A stretch of DNA of 64,000 bases, taken from Bryobacterales bacterium (GTDB taxonomy: Bacteria; Acidobacteriota; Terriglobia; Bryobacterales; UBA6623). Where the stretch lies: contig CBDDCT010000007.1 of the NCBI GenBank assembly GCA_965226185.1, forward strand, positions 173,625 to 237,624, written 5' to 3'. Made by a program: the position numbers and the translations under genes. Shown here in pieces: positions 31,289 to 40,491 of the stretch. Below the pieces are notes generated by a model. It did not search any database. It had not been told where the DNA came from and saw nothing but the letters and a program-made list of their open reading frames with translations. Numbering within the stretch: position 1 is the stretch's first letter; every line of letters starts with the position of its first letter.

Positions 31289-32713
31289 ATGACCATGGCT
31301 CTTGTTTTGGGGTTTTGTTTTGTCGTCCTGTTTTTTGCATCAACTATCTTCATCGTATCGCGATACCGACGGTGCCCGTCCAATCAGGTCCTCGTCGTGT
31401 ATGGAAAGGTCGGCGGTAAACCAGAAGACCGAATGTCAGCGAGATGCTATCACGGTGGCGCGGCGTTCGTTGTCCCTGTCTTCCAGGACTCTCAGTTTCT
31501 GGATCTAACTCCCATCCCGATTGAAATCAACCTCCAGGGCGCCCTTTCGCGCCAGAACATTCGGGTCAATACGCCTTCCACTTTTACGGTAGGTGTGTCG
31601 ACTGAACCGGGAGTGATGGAGAACGCGGCTGAGCGAATCTTGGGTCTTCCTAGAAAGGAGGTTGAAGACCTGGCCCGAGACATCATTTTCGGTCAGATGC
31701 GCGTAGTGATTGCCACGATGGATATCGAAGAGATCAACACCGATCGGGAGAAACTTATTGAGAACATCTTCAGCGGTGTGGAAGTGGAAATTAACAAGGT
31801 GGGCCTTCACCTGATCAATGTGAATGTCCACGATATTACGGATGAGTCTGAGTACATCGCAGCTCTGGGTAAAGAGGCGGCGGCGCGGGCTGTCAACGAA
31901 GCCAAGATCAAAGTGGCGGAACAGGAGCGCGATGGCGAAATTGGTAAGGCCAACGCAGACCGGGAACGCCGTATTGAGGTAGCGGCCGCCAATGCTACAG
32001 CGGTGGAAGGGGAGAACGAGGCCGGTGTAAAGGTCGCCCAATCCAATGCCGACCGTCGGAAGAAGGAAGCGGAAGCTGAGCGGCAAGCGACGGCTGCCGA
32101 GAAGGTGACGGTCGCCCAGGCCCTGCAGGAGGCATATGCGGCCGAAGAAGCCGCTGAACGCGAGCGTGCCAAGAGAGAAGAGGCCACTCAAGAAGCGAAT
32201 GTGCTTGTCACTGCTAAAATCGAGAAGAAACGAATTGAAACGTTGGCGGAGGCGGAGGCGGAAAAGATCCGGCGGCTCAAGAAAGGTGAAGCGGACGGCG
32301 TGCTTTCCATGATGGGAGCGGAAGGCTTGATGGCGATACTGACACGCAAGGCCGAAGGCTTCAGTCAGATAGTACGCGCAGCCGCGAACAATCCAGAATT
32401 GGCTTCCTTGCTGATGGTAACTGAGCAGCTGCCGAAGCTAGTGGCAGAACAAGTCAAGGCGATCTCGAACTTGAAGATTGACTCGGTAACTGTGTGGGAC
32501 TCGGGAGGCAACTCCTCGGGCAAAACTAATACGGCAGAGTTTGTCTCCGGCCTGATTGGCTCGCTCCCGCCGCTCCATGAGTTGGCCAAAAACGTGGGGA
32601 TCAAATTGCCGGAGTATCTCGGCCAAAAGGCAACTGAGAAAAAGGCGCCCGATGTCGTGGAAGAGCAGCCGCACCTGAATTATGCACTGCGGGGTGCACC
32701 GGAGGAGGGCTGA
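31289..32713 (+). CDS. flotillin-like SPFH/band-7 protein (YqiK/FloA-like). The 3' end is replaced by the IS-X terminus
   Basis: N-terminal TM helix, SPFH domain and EA-rich coiled-coil (AEQERDGEIGKANADRERRIEVAAANA...). The last 12 codons (LNYALRGAPEEG*) are encoded by the IS-X left end. Confidence 0.85.
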   Translation: MTMALVLGFCFVVLFFASTIFIVSRYRRCPSNQVLVVYGKVGGKPEDRMSARCYHGGAAFVVPVFQDSQFLDLTPIPIEINLQGALSRQNIRVNTPSTFTVGVSTEPGVMENAAERILGLPRKEVEDLARDIIFGQMRVVIATMDIEEINTDREKLIENIFSGVEVEINKVGLHLINVNVHDITDESEYIAALGKEAAARAVNEAKIKVAEQERDGEIGKANADRERRIEVAAANATAVEGENEAGVKVAQSNADRRKKEAEAERQATAAEKVTVAQALQEAYAAEEAAERERAKREEATQEANVLVTAKIEKKRIETLAEAEAEKIRRLKKGEADGVLSMMGAEGLMAILTRKAEGFSQIVRAAANNPELASLLMVTEQLPKLVAEQVKAISNLKIDSVTVWDSGGNSSGKTNTAEFVSGLIGSLPPLHELAKNVGIKLPEYLGQKATEKKAPDVVEEQPHLNYALRGAPEEG

Positions 32714-34474
32714 GCCGCCAGGGGCCATTTGGGGGACCCCCGAAAACATGGGGTAATAAGGTAGGCTGGCAAAGATTTCAGCTTCGCCAGTCAACCCCAA
32801 GGAGGTCACCCAAATGGTTACCAAGCGAAAACAGCATAGCTCCCGAAGGCCCGTCAAACAAGGCCGGGGCGCGAGGGCCCCGCGGCCCAATAAAATCGGG
32901 GCTGCCACGCCTTATCACTTCCGCGGCAAGAATCTGACTCCCTACGGCGGCTTGCTGCCCGTCGCCACCCTGCTCGAAAAACTCGGCTTCCAGGCGCTGC
33001 TGGAAGAAACCATCACGAACAAACGAATCACCCGTGTGATGAGCCTCTACCAGTTTGTGCTGGCCCTCGTGCTGGGCCTCTATGTCGGCTTTGCGCGGCT
33101 GAACCAACTCCGCTTCATCGCCCGCGACCCCATCTTGACCGGCATCTTGCAAGTGACGCGTCTGCCGCCGCAGTCCACGCTGTGGCGCTTTCTGGCCTCG
33201 CTGCACCTCAACGTGGCGAAGCAGATCCTTTCCATTCAGCGCCAGCTGCGGGAACGAGTCTGGGCCGCGGCCCAGGTGAAATTGGAGACGGTGACGCTGG
33301 ACACCGACACCACCGTGCACACGCTCTACGGCCGCCAGATGGGCGGGCGCAAGAGTTACAACCCCAAGAACAAGGGCAAGCGCAGCTACCAGCCGATACT
33401 GACTTTCCTGGCCGAGACGCGCGAATACCTGATGGGCGGGTTGCGCAACGGCGACCGGCCCACGGGCCGGCAGATCGCCGCCCACCTCGAGAGCGCCTTT
33501 CGGGCTTTGCCGCACGGCGTGAAGAAAATCCTGGCGCGGGCCGATTCCGGGTTTTATTGCTGGGAGGCGGTGGAGGCCTATGAAAAGGCGGCTTGTCAGT
33601 TCGTCATCGTGGCGCGCAAGACCAGGCGGCTGGTCGAGCAGTTGCAGCAAGCGGCCTGGAAGCCCTCGCCCCACAGCGATGCGGATGCGGAATGCGAATT
33701 CCTCTACCAGCCGCAGGGCTGGGCGCGGGCCTGTCGTTTCCTGGCGCTGCGTTACGAAAACGAACCCGCGGCCGGCGCGGCCGAGCAATACCAGCTGTTT
33801 GCCACCAGCGCTTACACCTACCGCGTGTTTGTCACCAACCTGGCCGAACCGATCGCGGCGGTGGTGTGGTTTTACAATCAGCGCGCCGCAGCCGAGAACC
33901 TCATCAAGGAGGCCAACAACGACGCCGGGCTGGCGGCCCATCCCTCGCGCCGCTTTGACATGAACCGCAATCACTTTCAGCTGGCCATGCTGGCCTACAA
34001 CCTCAACTGCTGGCTGCTGCTGTTCAACCGCGAAGCCCAAGCCAGCGTGGAGACACTGCGGCACACCACCCTGGCGACGGCGCGGCTGCGCTTTCTGTTC
34101 GTGGCGGCCAAGATCTGGCGGCACGCCGGCAGAACGGGTGTCAGCTACAGCGATCATTATGAGGAAAAGGGCCTGTTTGAACGGCTGATGCGGCGGCTGC
34201 GGGCGATGGGGCCACCGGGATCGAGCTTCGCGCCGGTGGTGGAGGGTGCGCTGAGTTGAGGGGCGCTCCATGCATAAAATTTCATGCACTCGCCGCAACG
34301 TACTGGGAACACGCCGCTTGCCCGCCCGCTTTTGCCCGCCGGGATTGGCAGGCGGCTCAAACAGGGAGGGAAACAGAGGAAAAGACGACTTGCTAAATCA
34401 CTGAGTTGACACGACTGCCGCTACCGCCACAACTCCATCGGCGATGGCTACGCCGAATCGGTGCATAATTCAGG
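32674..34474 (+). mobile_element. IS-X (IS1380-family type 1) copy 1, 1,801 bp, IRs CCTGAATTATGCAC / GTGCATAATTCAGG; no target-site duplication
   Basis: Identical to 48573..50373. Flanks are ccgca / ttgct, so no TSD. Confidence 0.85.
32814..34259 (+). CDS. IS1380-family DDE transposase (IS-X)
   Basis: SYNPKNKGKRSYQPIL, RADSGFYCWE, FYNQRAAAENLIKEANNDAGL, FQLAMLAYNLNCW match the ISEcp1/IS1380 signature blocks. Confidence 0.85.
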   Translation: MVTKRKQHSSRRPVKQGRGARAPRPNKIGAATPYHFRGKNLTPYGGLLPVATLLEKLGFQALLEETITNKRITRVMSLYQFVLALVLGLYVGFARLNQLRFIARDPILTGILQVTRLPPQSTLWRFLASLHLNVAKQILSIQRQLRERVWAAAQVKLETVTLDTDTTVHTLYGRQMGGRKSYNPKNKGKRSYQPILTFLAETREYLMGGLRNGDRPTGRQIAAHLESAFRALPHGVKKILARADSGFYCWEAVEAYEKAACQFVIVARKTRRLVEQLQQAAWKPSPHSDADAECEFLYQPQGWARACRFLALRYENEPAAGAAEQYQLFATSAYTYRVFVTNLAEPIAAVVWFYNQRAAAENLIKEANNDAGLAAHPSRRFDMNRNHFQLAMLAYNLNCWLLLFNREAQASVETLRHTTLATARLRFLFVAAKIWRHAGRTGVSYSDHYEEKGLFERLMRRLRAMGPPGSSFAPVVEGALS

Positions 34475-34497
34475 TTGCTACAATAACGTGTTCCGAG

Positions 34498-34989
34498 GTG
34501 GCAAAGCAAAACGTCATTATTTATCCTGGGTCCTTTGATCCGCTGACAAACGGACATCTGGATCTGATCAACCGCGCGGCACGGCTGTTTGATCAGGTGA
34601 TCATCGCGGTCCTCAAACACGACTCGAAGCAGCCGCTTTTTTCTCCCCAAGAGCGTTTGGAAATGATCGAGGAGGCTGTTTCCGGACTGCCGAACGCGCA
34701 GGCCGGTAGCTTTGACAATCTGCTGGTCGACTATGCCCGCCAAAGAGGCGCGCAAATGATCTTACGCGGGATTCGGGCTGTATCCGACTACGAGTACGAG
34801 CTTCAGATGGCATTGATGAACCGCAAGCTGGACCCCGAGCTGGAAACAATTTTCATGCTACCGGCCGAGGCCTACAGCTATCTCAGCTCCCGCCTGGTGA
34901 AAGAAGTCTGGCGGCTAGGAGGTGACATCCGGGACCTGGTGCCGCCGCTCGTGGAGGCGCGTTTGAGAGAGAAAGGAAGCAGCTTTTAG
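34498..34989 (+). CDS. coaD: phosphopantetheine adenylyltransferase
   Basis: (M)AKQNVIIYPGSFDPLTNGHLDLI matches CoaD MQKRAIYPGTFDPITNGH. Start is GTG at about 34498. The upstream Met of the track ORF (34444) is IS-derived. Confidence 0.85.
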   Translation: MAKQNVIIYPGSFDPLTNGHLDLINRAARLFDQVIIAVLKHDSKQPLFSPQERLEMIEEAVSGLPNAQAGSFDNLLVDYARQRGAQMILRGIRAVSDYEYELQMALMNRKLDPELETIFMLPAEAYSYLSSRLVKEVWRLGGDIRDLVPPLVEARLREKGSSF

Positions 34990-34995
34990 ATAACT

Positions 34996-36171
34996 ATGGA
35001 ACTCACACAAAGAGTCAAGGGAATCAGCGAATCGGCCACGATGGCAGTGACGGCGGAGGCGGGGCGCCTGAAGGCCTCCGGCGTGGACGTCGTGGCCTTC
35101 GGAGCGGGCGAGCCGGATTTTCCGACCCCCGACAATATCAAGCGGGCCGCGATCCGGGCCCTGGATGACAATTTCACCAAATACACCCCGGCGGGCGGCA
35201 TTCCGGATCTAAAGAAAGCGATCTGCGAATATCACGCGAAGAACTTCGGCAGCTCTTACGATCCTTCCGAATGCATTGTTTGCGTAGGCGGCAAGCACGT
35301 CATTTTCAACACGATGGCGGCATTAATTGATGAAGGTGATGAAGTGGTTTTGCCGACCCCTTACTGGGTCACGTTTTTCGACGTCGTGAACTATCACGGC
35401 GGCTCGTGCATAAAGGTCGTCACCAGCGAAGAGGATGGCTTCCGGCTGACAGCCTCCGCCATCGAAAATGCCTTAACAGACAGGACCAAGCTCGTTGTCA
35501 TCAATTCGCCCAACAACCCCAGCGGTGCAGTGCTGTCGCGGGAGGAGTTTGAAAAAATTTACGCCCTGACATCGAGCCGCGGCGTCATGCTGCTGACCGA
35601 CGAGTGCTATTGCAAACTTGTTTACGACAGCGAACCGTTTTCGATTGCCTCGCTCGATGGCGCCAAGTCCAACGTGGTGGTAGCGGGGTCCCTCTCAAAG
35701 ACTTACGCCATGACAGGTTGGCGGGTGGGCTACGCTTTGGCGCCAAAAGAGCTAATCGGCGCCATCAACAAGCTACAAAGCCATTCCACCTCCAACGTCA
35801 CATCGATCGCCCAGAAGGCGGCGATCGAGGCCCTGACGGGCCCCCAGGACTCGGTCGGACAGATGCTCGGGGAGTACCGCCGCCGCCGTGACTATGCGGT
35901 CCAGGCGCTCCGGGATATTCCTGGCTTGAGCTGTCCCGTGCCGGGTGGCGCGTTCTACGTCTACCCAAACATCAGTTGTTGCTTTGGTAAAAGCGGAATC
36001 AACAGCGCGCTGGACTTTTCAGCCGCGCTTCTGAAGCAGGCTCATGTGGCGGTCGTGCCGGGTGAAGCGTTTGGAACGAACGAGCATGTGCGGCTCTCCT
36101 ACGCGACTTCCATGCATGAACTGGAACGAGGTATCGCCCGGATACGGAACTTCATCGCCGAGCTGTCTTGA
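34996..36171 (+). CDS. PLP-dependent aminotransferase, class I (aspartate/aromatic type)
   Basis: GSLSKTYAMTGWRVGYALAP with the PLP-lysine context. 391 aa. Confidence 0.85.
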   Translation: MELTQRVKGISESATMAVTAEAGRLKASGVDVVAFGAGEPDFPTPDNIKRAAIRALDDNFTKYTPAGGIPDLKKAICEYHAKNFGSSYDPSECIVCVGGKHVIFNTMAALIDEGDEVVLPTPYWVTFFDVVNYHGGSCIKVVTSEEDGFRLTASAIENALTDRTKLVVINSPNNPSGAVLSREEFEKIYALTSSRGVMLLTDECYCKLVYDSEPFSIASLDGAKSNVVVAGSLSKTYAMTGWRVGYALAPKELIGAINKLQSHSTSNVTSIAQKAAIEALTGPQDSVGQMLGEYRRRRDYAVQALRDIPGLSCPVPGGAFYVYPNISCCFGKSGINSALDFSAALLKQAHVAVVPGEAFGTNEHVRLSYATSMHELERGIARIRNFIAELS

Positions 36172-37319
36172 CCGATCTCTACCCACTCAAGCTGCCGGCC
36201 TTGTTCCGCGAGAAGATTTGGGGCAAGCGTGACCTGGCGCCTCTGCTCCCGCGGCAAGAGCCGTCTCCTATTGGGGAGTTGTGGTTCAGTTTCGAAGAGA
36301 ACCAGATTGCCAACGGGCCGCTGCGGGGACGAACCCTCGGCAGCTTGATGAGGGAGTTTGGTCCGCGCTTGATGGGGACTTCCTATCAGCCTGTTGCGAT
36401 GAGCCGGCGATCGGCTGGGCAGGCTCGGCGGGCGGCGCCGGAAAACGAGCAAGCTTACTTCCCGATTCTTGCGAAATTCATCTTTGCGTCGGAGCAGTTG
36501 TCGGTTCAGGTACACCCGGCGGATGAGTATGCGCTGGAGCATGAGGGTGGTCCGGGCAAGACCGAGATTTGGTATGTCGTGCATGCCGAGCCTGCCGCGC
36601 GATTGGCGATCGGCCTGACACGAAAGCTATCCGCCGATGAACTGCGCCGGGCCGCGGAAACCGGAGAAATCAAGAACTATCTGAACTGGATCGAAGTCCG
36701 CCAGGGGCAGGTCTTTTTCGTTCCGCCCGGAACGCTGCACACAATCGGCCCGGGGCTTATCTTGTGTGAGATCCAGCAGAACTCCGACCTGACCTACCGT
36801 TTTTATGATTTCGGCCGTCTCGGGGTCGACGGCAAGCCGAGGGCTCTGCACATCGAGCGCGCGGTGGCCGTCACCCGCCAGGAGCCTTATCCCGGACCGC
36901 AAGAGCCCTTTCGCTTTCCGCCCGCAAGCTCTCCCGACGACGAGTGGCGCCGAGAATTGCTCGTGGCCTGCCCGCATTTCGCCGTGGAGCGAATCGTATA
37001 TGTGAAGCCCGTTTCCTGCATCGCGGATCCGGAACGAGCCCACCTGCTGCTGTTCACAGCCGGCGAAGGGCGGTTAACGGCAAGCGCCTCGCCCGGGGAG
37101 GGGTCCGCTGGCGGCGCGGGCGACTCGACGGAAGACCATGCCTATCAGGCAGCAGATGCCTATCTAATCCCAGCGGATGCGGGGCCCCTCACCCTTATTC
37201 CCAGTTCCGCCACGACGATGATTCGAAGCTATCTGCCCGATCTCGCGGACCTGCAAAAGCAGCTCGATGAAGCCGGCGCCGCTGCTCACCAGATTCGCCG
37301 GCTAATCTTGTCAAGTTGA
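36168..37319 (+). CDS. manA: mannose-6-phosphate isomerase, type I (cupin)
   Basis: QVHPADEYALEHEGGPGKTEIWYVVHAEP and FVPPGTLHTIGPG motifs of class I PMI. Overlaps the aminotransferase stop. Confidence 0.75.
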   Translation: MTDLYPLKLPALFREKIWGKRDLAPLLPRQEPSPIGELWFSFEENQIANGPLRGRTLGSLMREFGPRLMGTSYQPVAMSRRSAGQARRAAPENEQAYFPILAKFIFASEQLSVQVHPADEYALEHEGGPGKTEIWYVVHAEPAARLAIGLTRKLSADELRRAAETGEIKNYLNWIEVRQGQVFFVPPGTLHTIGPGLILCEIQQNSDLTYRFYDFGRLGVDGKPRALHIERAVAVTRQEPYPGPQEPFRFPPASSPDDEWRRELLVACPHFAVERIVYVKPVSCIADPERAHLLLFTAGEGRLTASASPGEGSAGGAGDSTEDHAYQAADAYLIPADAGPLTLIPSSATTMIRSYLPDLADLQKQLDEAGAAAHQIRRLILSS

Positions 37320-37412
37320 GCCGCGCCCGGTCTCCAATAGCAGGGCGACTGACCAACGCGGACCAACGGACGAACGGCTCAACCGGGGGGACCGGACTGG
37401 TAAAATAGCTCC

Positions 37413-37507
37413 GGAAGCTAGACTTGGCCGGTGCTGGGTCCGGACTTCAAATCCGGTGTTTGCTGTTATGCAGCAAGGGTGGGTTCGACTCCCACTAGCT
37501 TCCGCCA
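37413..37507 (+). tRNA. selC: tRNA-Sec (anticodon UCA), 95 nt including CCA
   Basis: 8-bp acceptor stem GGAAGCUA/UAGCUUCC, anticodon loop cUUCAaa, long variable arm UUUGCUGUUAUGCAGCAAG, T-arm GGUGGGUUCGACUCCCAC, 3' GCCA. Confidence 0.85.
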
Positions 37508-37982
37508 GATTATCTTCATATTTATCAATAGGATATTGTGGTCCGCAATAATTCCAGCTTAGGCATTGTCAAGTTAACAACCTGAAGGCTGTTTTGCCCT
37601 GGAAATCGTCCGAGGTTTCTCCTTTTCAGCAAACACACGTCGCCTTCTTCTAGCCAACAAAAGCTCGCTCTCTCAGGAGTCGATGATGGACCGCTTTGAG
37701 ATGATGACGTCCAACTCGGAACAGGTTGTGAATGGGCCGTGGACGCAGAGAAACCGTTAGAGTTGTGGCGCTGAGTTGAATCGACGCATTTGGCGTTCCT
37801 GCTCTCGGTTGTGCTGGTGGGAAACTTCAGCTCGGTTGTTTTCATACTTGCCGGTTCGATGGGTAACGGATGGGAAAACCTCTCGGTGGGCAGCCGGATA
37901 GCTTCGAAGCTTGTCGGCAACGAGTGGCGCTGTTGCACGAATCGACCCCGGCGCGAGTCAGGCCGCTTTCCCAACCCCTCGT

Positions 37983-38954
37983 TCACGACACGACGGCGTA
38001 GGACTTCGGCCTGCCGAGCTCGGCCATCCGGTTGAGGATGTGACACCCGATCGTGGCCTCTCTCATTTGCGCGTCGCTGTTCCTCGCCTGTAGTTTGCCT
38101 CCGAGCACTGACTTGTATCGGAAGAACCCGTTCTCAACGCGCGCCTGCTGTCGGTAGCCTGACTCCTTCTGCCACTCTCGTCGTCCGACCTTACGAATCC
38201 TCTGAAGAGCCGCTTCTCGCTGCTCCCACGGTCCGTCCGTGGGGCCAGCCGACACCGCACAGCGACGTGGGGGGATCACGATCACGACGTCCGCTGTTCC
38301 GGCTGCACCGACCCGCTCGTAGATCGACCTGTGGTCGTAGGCCCCGTCCGCCGTGAAACGCCGGATTGGAGCCTCGATCTGGTTCAGCAGATCAGGGACG
38401 GCGGAGGCGTCGTCCCCGCTACTCGTCGTGAGTTCGGCTGCCACAATGAACCCCTCGTCATCCACTCCGATGTGCAGCTTCCGCCAGTCCCGGCGTTTCT
38501 TTGATGCCTTGTACTTGTGCACGTTCCATTCGCCCGAACCCAGGATCCTGAGCCCCATGGAATCGACGATCAAGTGGATCGGACCGTCATGGGCTCGGGT
38601 CAGCGGTGGCAGCTTAACGATTCGGTTCCGGCGCGAGAGTGTGGTGTGGTCGGGGGCCTTGAGGTCGAGGCCCATCAAGTTGAGCAGCGAGCCCAGGAAA
38701 CCTTCGGTCTGGCGAAGCGGCAGGCCGAAGACGACCCGCAGGGTCAATGCGGTCAAGATCGCCAGGTTCGAGTTCCGCCGCTGGCCTCCGCGCAGACCGT
38801 TCTTCGCGGGTGTCCAGGCGGCAATCGCCTCCTCGCTCAGCCAGATCGTGACGTCGCCGCGGCTCCTGAGACCACGCTCGTACTCCTTCCAGTTCTGGAT
38901 TCTGTACTTCGTCTTGTACTGGCGGTTGACTCGGCTGGACTTCGATGCGGCCAT
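37983..38954 (-). CDS. IS5-family transposase (IS427/IS1031-like group)
   Basis: MAASKSSRVNRQYKTKYRIQNWKEYERGLRSRGDVTIWLSEEA is the classic IS5-family N-terminus. DDE blocks present. Confidence 0.9.
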   Translation of the reverse strand: MAASKSSRVNRQYKTKYRIQNWKEYERGLRSRGDVTIWLSEEAIAAWTPAKNGLRGGQRRNSNLAILTALTLRVVFGLPLRQTEGFLGSLLNLMGLDLKAPDHTTLSRRNRIVKLPPLTRAHDGPIHLIVDSMGLRILGSGEWNVHKYKASKKRRDWRKLHIGVDDEGFIVAAELTTSSGDDASAVPDLLNQIEAPIRRFTADGAYDHRSIYERVGAAGTADVVIVIPPRRCAVSAGPTDGPWEQREAALQRIRKVGRREWQKESGYRQQARVENGFFRYKSVLGGKLQARNSDAQMREATIGCHILNRMAELGRPKSYAVVS

Positions 38955-39311
38955 GACGTCGCCCCCTCGATTTCCATGATGGATCAGTACCGCGAGCCGG
39001 GGTTACGCGGGAGCCAACGCCGATTCATGCACCAACGCCTGTAATCGCAGCAATCGCGGACGCATGGCCGCTCCTCCTACGAGAAGTAGGCCACGTTCGC
39101 TTGCCTTATATCTCTTTAATTATGCGCGCTTATATACCTGTAACTGTAAACAATACGGGCTCTCCCCGGAATAGTTTCAGGGCGGCCCGACGGTTTTTGG
39201 GAGCGCACTCCCTGGTAGTGATGCGTCGCCGAGCGTGGCAAAGCAGTGCGGATTGCGGTTTCCTTGCGTGCCCGGGGGGGGCTTCCCTGGGGTGAGAACG
39301 CGGGGGCGTTC

Positions 39312-39890
39312 TCAGCCTCTCAAGGGCGAGGATACATAACAACGACCGTCCAGCGCTTCCTGGACGGCCTCAGCCAGGTCCGTATGCGCGCGCGTTTTAA
39401 GGACGTAGCCCAGAGCCCCTGTAGCCAGTGCCTTGTCCACGAGCATCCGGTCCTCGTGGATGGTCAGGAACACAACTTTTTGTTTGGGATCTTTCTTGTT
39501 CAGACGCCTGACTGCCTCAAGGCCGTTAAGCACCGGCATCGAGATATCCACAATCATGACGTCGGGCTGGAACTTTTCCGCAGCCGCCAGAAGTGACTGG
39601 CCGTCGTTGACTGTGCCCACTACGTCGAACTGAGGTTGCAGCAGTTTCGAAACATACTCAAGCACCACTTGGTGATCATCGGCCAACAGCACGCGAGGCC
39701 GCTTCGCACCCTCTCTCAAGGGACTCCGGACAGTCAAATGCTCCCGCCTTCTCTCAGACACGCAGTTTATTCTTACAGCCGCCGACGCCGGACTGATGCT
39801 GGAAAAACTTCCAGGTTCCCAGTAAATATTTTCTGGGCAGACGAGCCATGGAGCGCCGTTAAGGCGAGATGAGACCATGCTTAATGGCAT
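39312..39890 (-). CDS. response regulator, receiver domain (no output domain recognised)
   Basis: RVLLADDHQVVLEYVSKLL...PDVMIVDISMPVLNGLEAVRRL...KVVFLTIHED is a REC domain. Confidence 0.8.
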   Translation of the reverse strand: MPLSMVSSRLNGAPWLVCPENIYWEPGSFSSISPASAAVRINCVSERRREHLTVRSPLREGAKRPRVLLADDHQVVLEYVSKLLQPQFDVVGTVNDGQSLLAAAEKFQPDVMIVDISMPVLNGLEAVRRLNKKDPKQKVVFLTIHEDRMLVDKALATGALGYVLKTRAHTDLAEAVQEALDGRCYVSSPLRG

Positions 39891-40491
39891 GCTGGATCAA
39901 CTCAGCCGTGGTGCGGAGGTTCAGTTTTTTCATGGCGTTGTACTTATGAAACTCCGCCGTTCTGGTGGAAATATTCAAAAGGACAGCGATTTCCTTGCTC
40001 GTCCGGCCTTCCGCCACCAACTGCATCACCTCTCGCTCCCGAGAGGTCAGATCTCGGGCCAGCGCGTCGGGCCCTTCCACGAGGTTTCCGAGCATATCTT
40101 TGGTGATCAGCGGACTCACATAGTGGCGCCCTGCCAGGACTTGTCGAATCGCCTGAACGAGCTCTTCCGCGATGGAGTGCTTCACAAGGTAACCCGCGGC
40201 TCCCGCCCGCATAGCTTCGGCGGCAAAGCTCCCATCCAAGTGCATGGTCAAAAAGATGACTTTGGCTCGAGAGTCGGTCTTCTTGAGCTGACGGACAGCT
40301 TCAAGTCCGTTCAACGATGGCATCGAAATGTCCACCAAGATCACGTCAGGCCGGAGCTTCTTGGCGGCCGACAACAGCGCCCGTCCATCCCCTACCGCGC
40401 CCACCACCTCGAACTCGGTTTCCAAGAGGCGGCGCAAACCATCAATCACGATGGCGTGATCATCCGCCAGTAATATCCTAGGACGGTTCAC
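39859..40491 (-). CDS. NarL/FixJ-family response regulator (REC + LuxR-type HTH)
   Basis: REC domain plus REREVMQLVAEGRTSKEIAVLLNISTRTAEFHKYNAMKKL. Confidence 0.9.
   Translation of the reverse strand: MNRPRILLADDHAIVIDGLRRLLETEFEVVGAVGDGRALLSAAKKLRPDVILVDISMPSLNGLEAVRQLKKTDSRAKVIFLTMHLDGSFAAEAMRAGAAGYLVKHSIAEELVQAIRQVLAGRHYVSPLITKDMLGNLVEGPDALARDLTSREREVMQLVAEGRTSKEIAVLLNISTRTAEFHKYNAMKKLNLRTTAELIQHAIKHGLISP

Noticed and set aside
34444-34497. CoaD N-terminus MATPNRCIIQVATITCSEV from the ORF track.
   Set aside because: These codons lie in and just after the IS-X right end. Alignment to CoaD puts the true start at the GTG about 34498 (AKQNVIIYPGSFDP).
37525-38046. 173-aa minus-strand ORF downstream of tRNA-Sec.
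   Set aside because: Low-complexity Ser/Thr/Pro-rich translation. It overlaps the IS5 terminal region and the AT-rich segment, so it is probably spurious.
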